64,000 nucleotides of DNA from Stegostoma tigrinum (taxonomy: Eukaryota). The position numbers were made by a program, and so were the translations under genes. The stretch covers positions 44,655,912 through 44,719,911 of the forward strand of contig NC_081383.1 of NCBI RefSeq assembly GCF_030684315.1, read 5' to 3'. The notes under the pieces are model-generated. The model ran no database searches, was not told the origin of the DNA, and was given only the letters and a program-made list of their open reading frames with translations. Positions 63,642-64,000 of the stretch are shown piece by piece (within the stretch, counting starts at the first letter, position 1; every line of letters begins with the position of its first letter).

Positions 63642-64000
63642 CTGGAAAAAAATAAGAATCAATAAATCTTGACAAATTTATGTGATAGAAAAGGTCATTC
63701 AGCCTATCATGTTTGTGCCAGTTATCTGGAACAAAAATTAATTATGCCCACTACCCCTCTCCATGCACATAAGCTGCAAAATTCTCCTCTACAAGTATTA
63801 TTCTTTGGAAGTTATTACTGAATCTGCTTCTTCCAGACTGTTTTCCAGGTCACCTACTGCATTATAAAAATTTTTTGTTTGTCACTTCTTTTAAACCTAA
63901 GATTACCAATTAATGATTGGAAAACAGGAGGTGGTTCATTTTAACAGAACGAATATGGAGATACAAGTGACAGGAAGAATAGGGAGTCAAAGGCACAGTT

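Overview
Eukaryotic, repeat-dense vertebrate DNA, almost certainly from a cartilaginous fish (shark): it carries HE1-type tRNA-derived SINEs, Deu-domain SINEs, CR1/HER1-type, L2 and Rex1-type LINE fragments and many Penelope-like elements (PLEs). The long ORFs in the track are repeat artefacts or TE fragments. Reading splice sites by hand reveals two spliced genes, both on the minus strand. (1) The last five coding exons of a divergent SAFB/SLTM-family nuclear protein (63482-63641, 62538-62635, 51326-51438, 49164-49239, 44233-44362). They are phase-consistent and end ...GGYQRPY*. (2) Exons 1-4 (signal peptide and prodomain) of an ADAM10-like metalloprotease (29897-29966, 26648-26798, 21579-21697, 9879-10037). 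Its exon-3 donor reads TT instead of GT and its upstream furin-type site is lost, so it may be pseudogenising. The pair mirrors the mammalian SLTM-ADAM10 linkage and may be a retained ohnologous block. Many short PLE-derived inverted elements carry 12-17 bp TSDs and minimal hammerhead ribozyme motifs. There is a 179-N assembly gap at 32124-32302. Comparisons with human proteins are from memory, no database search was run, and repeat boundaries are approximate.
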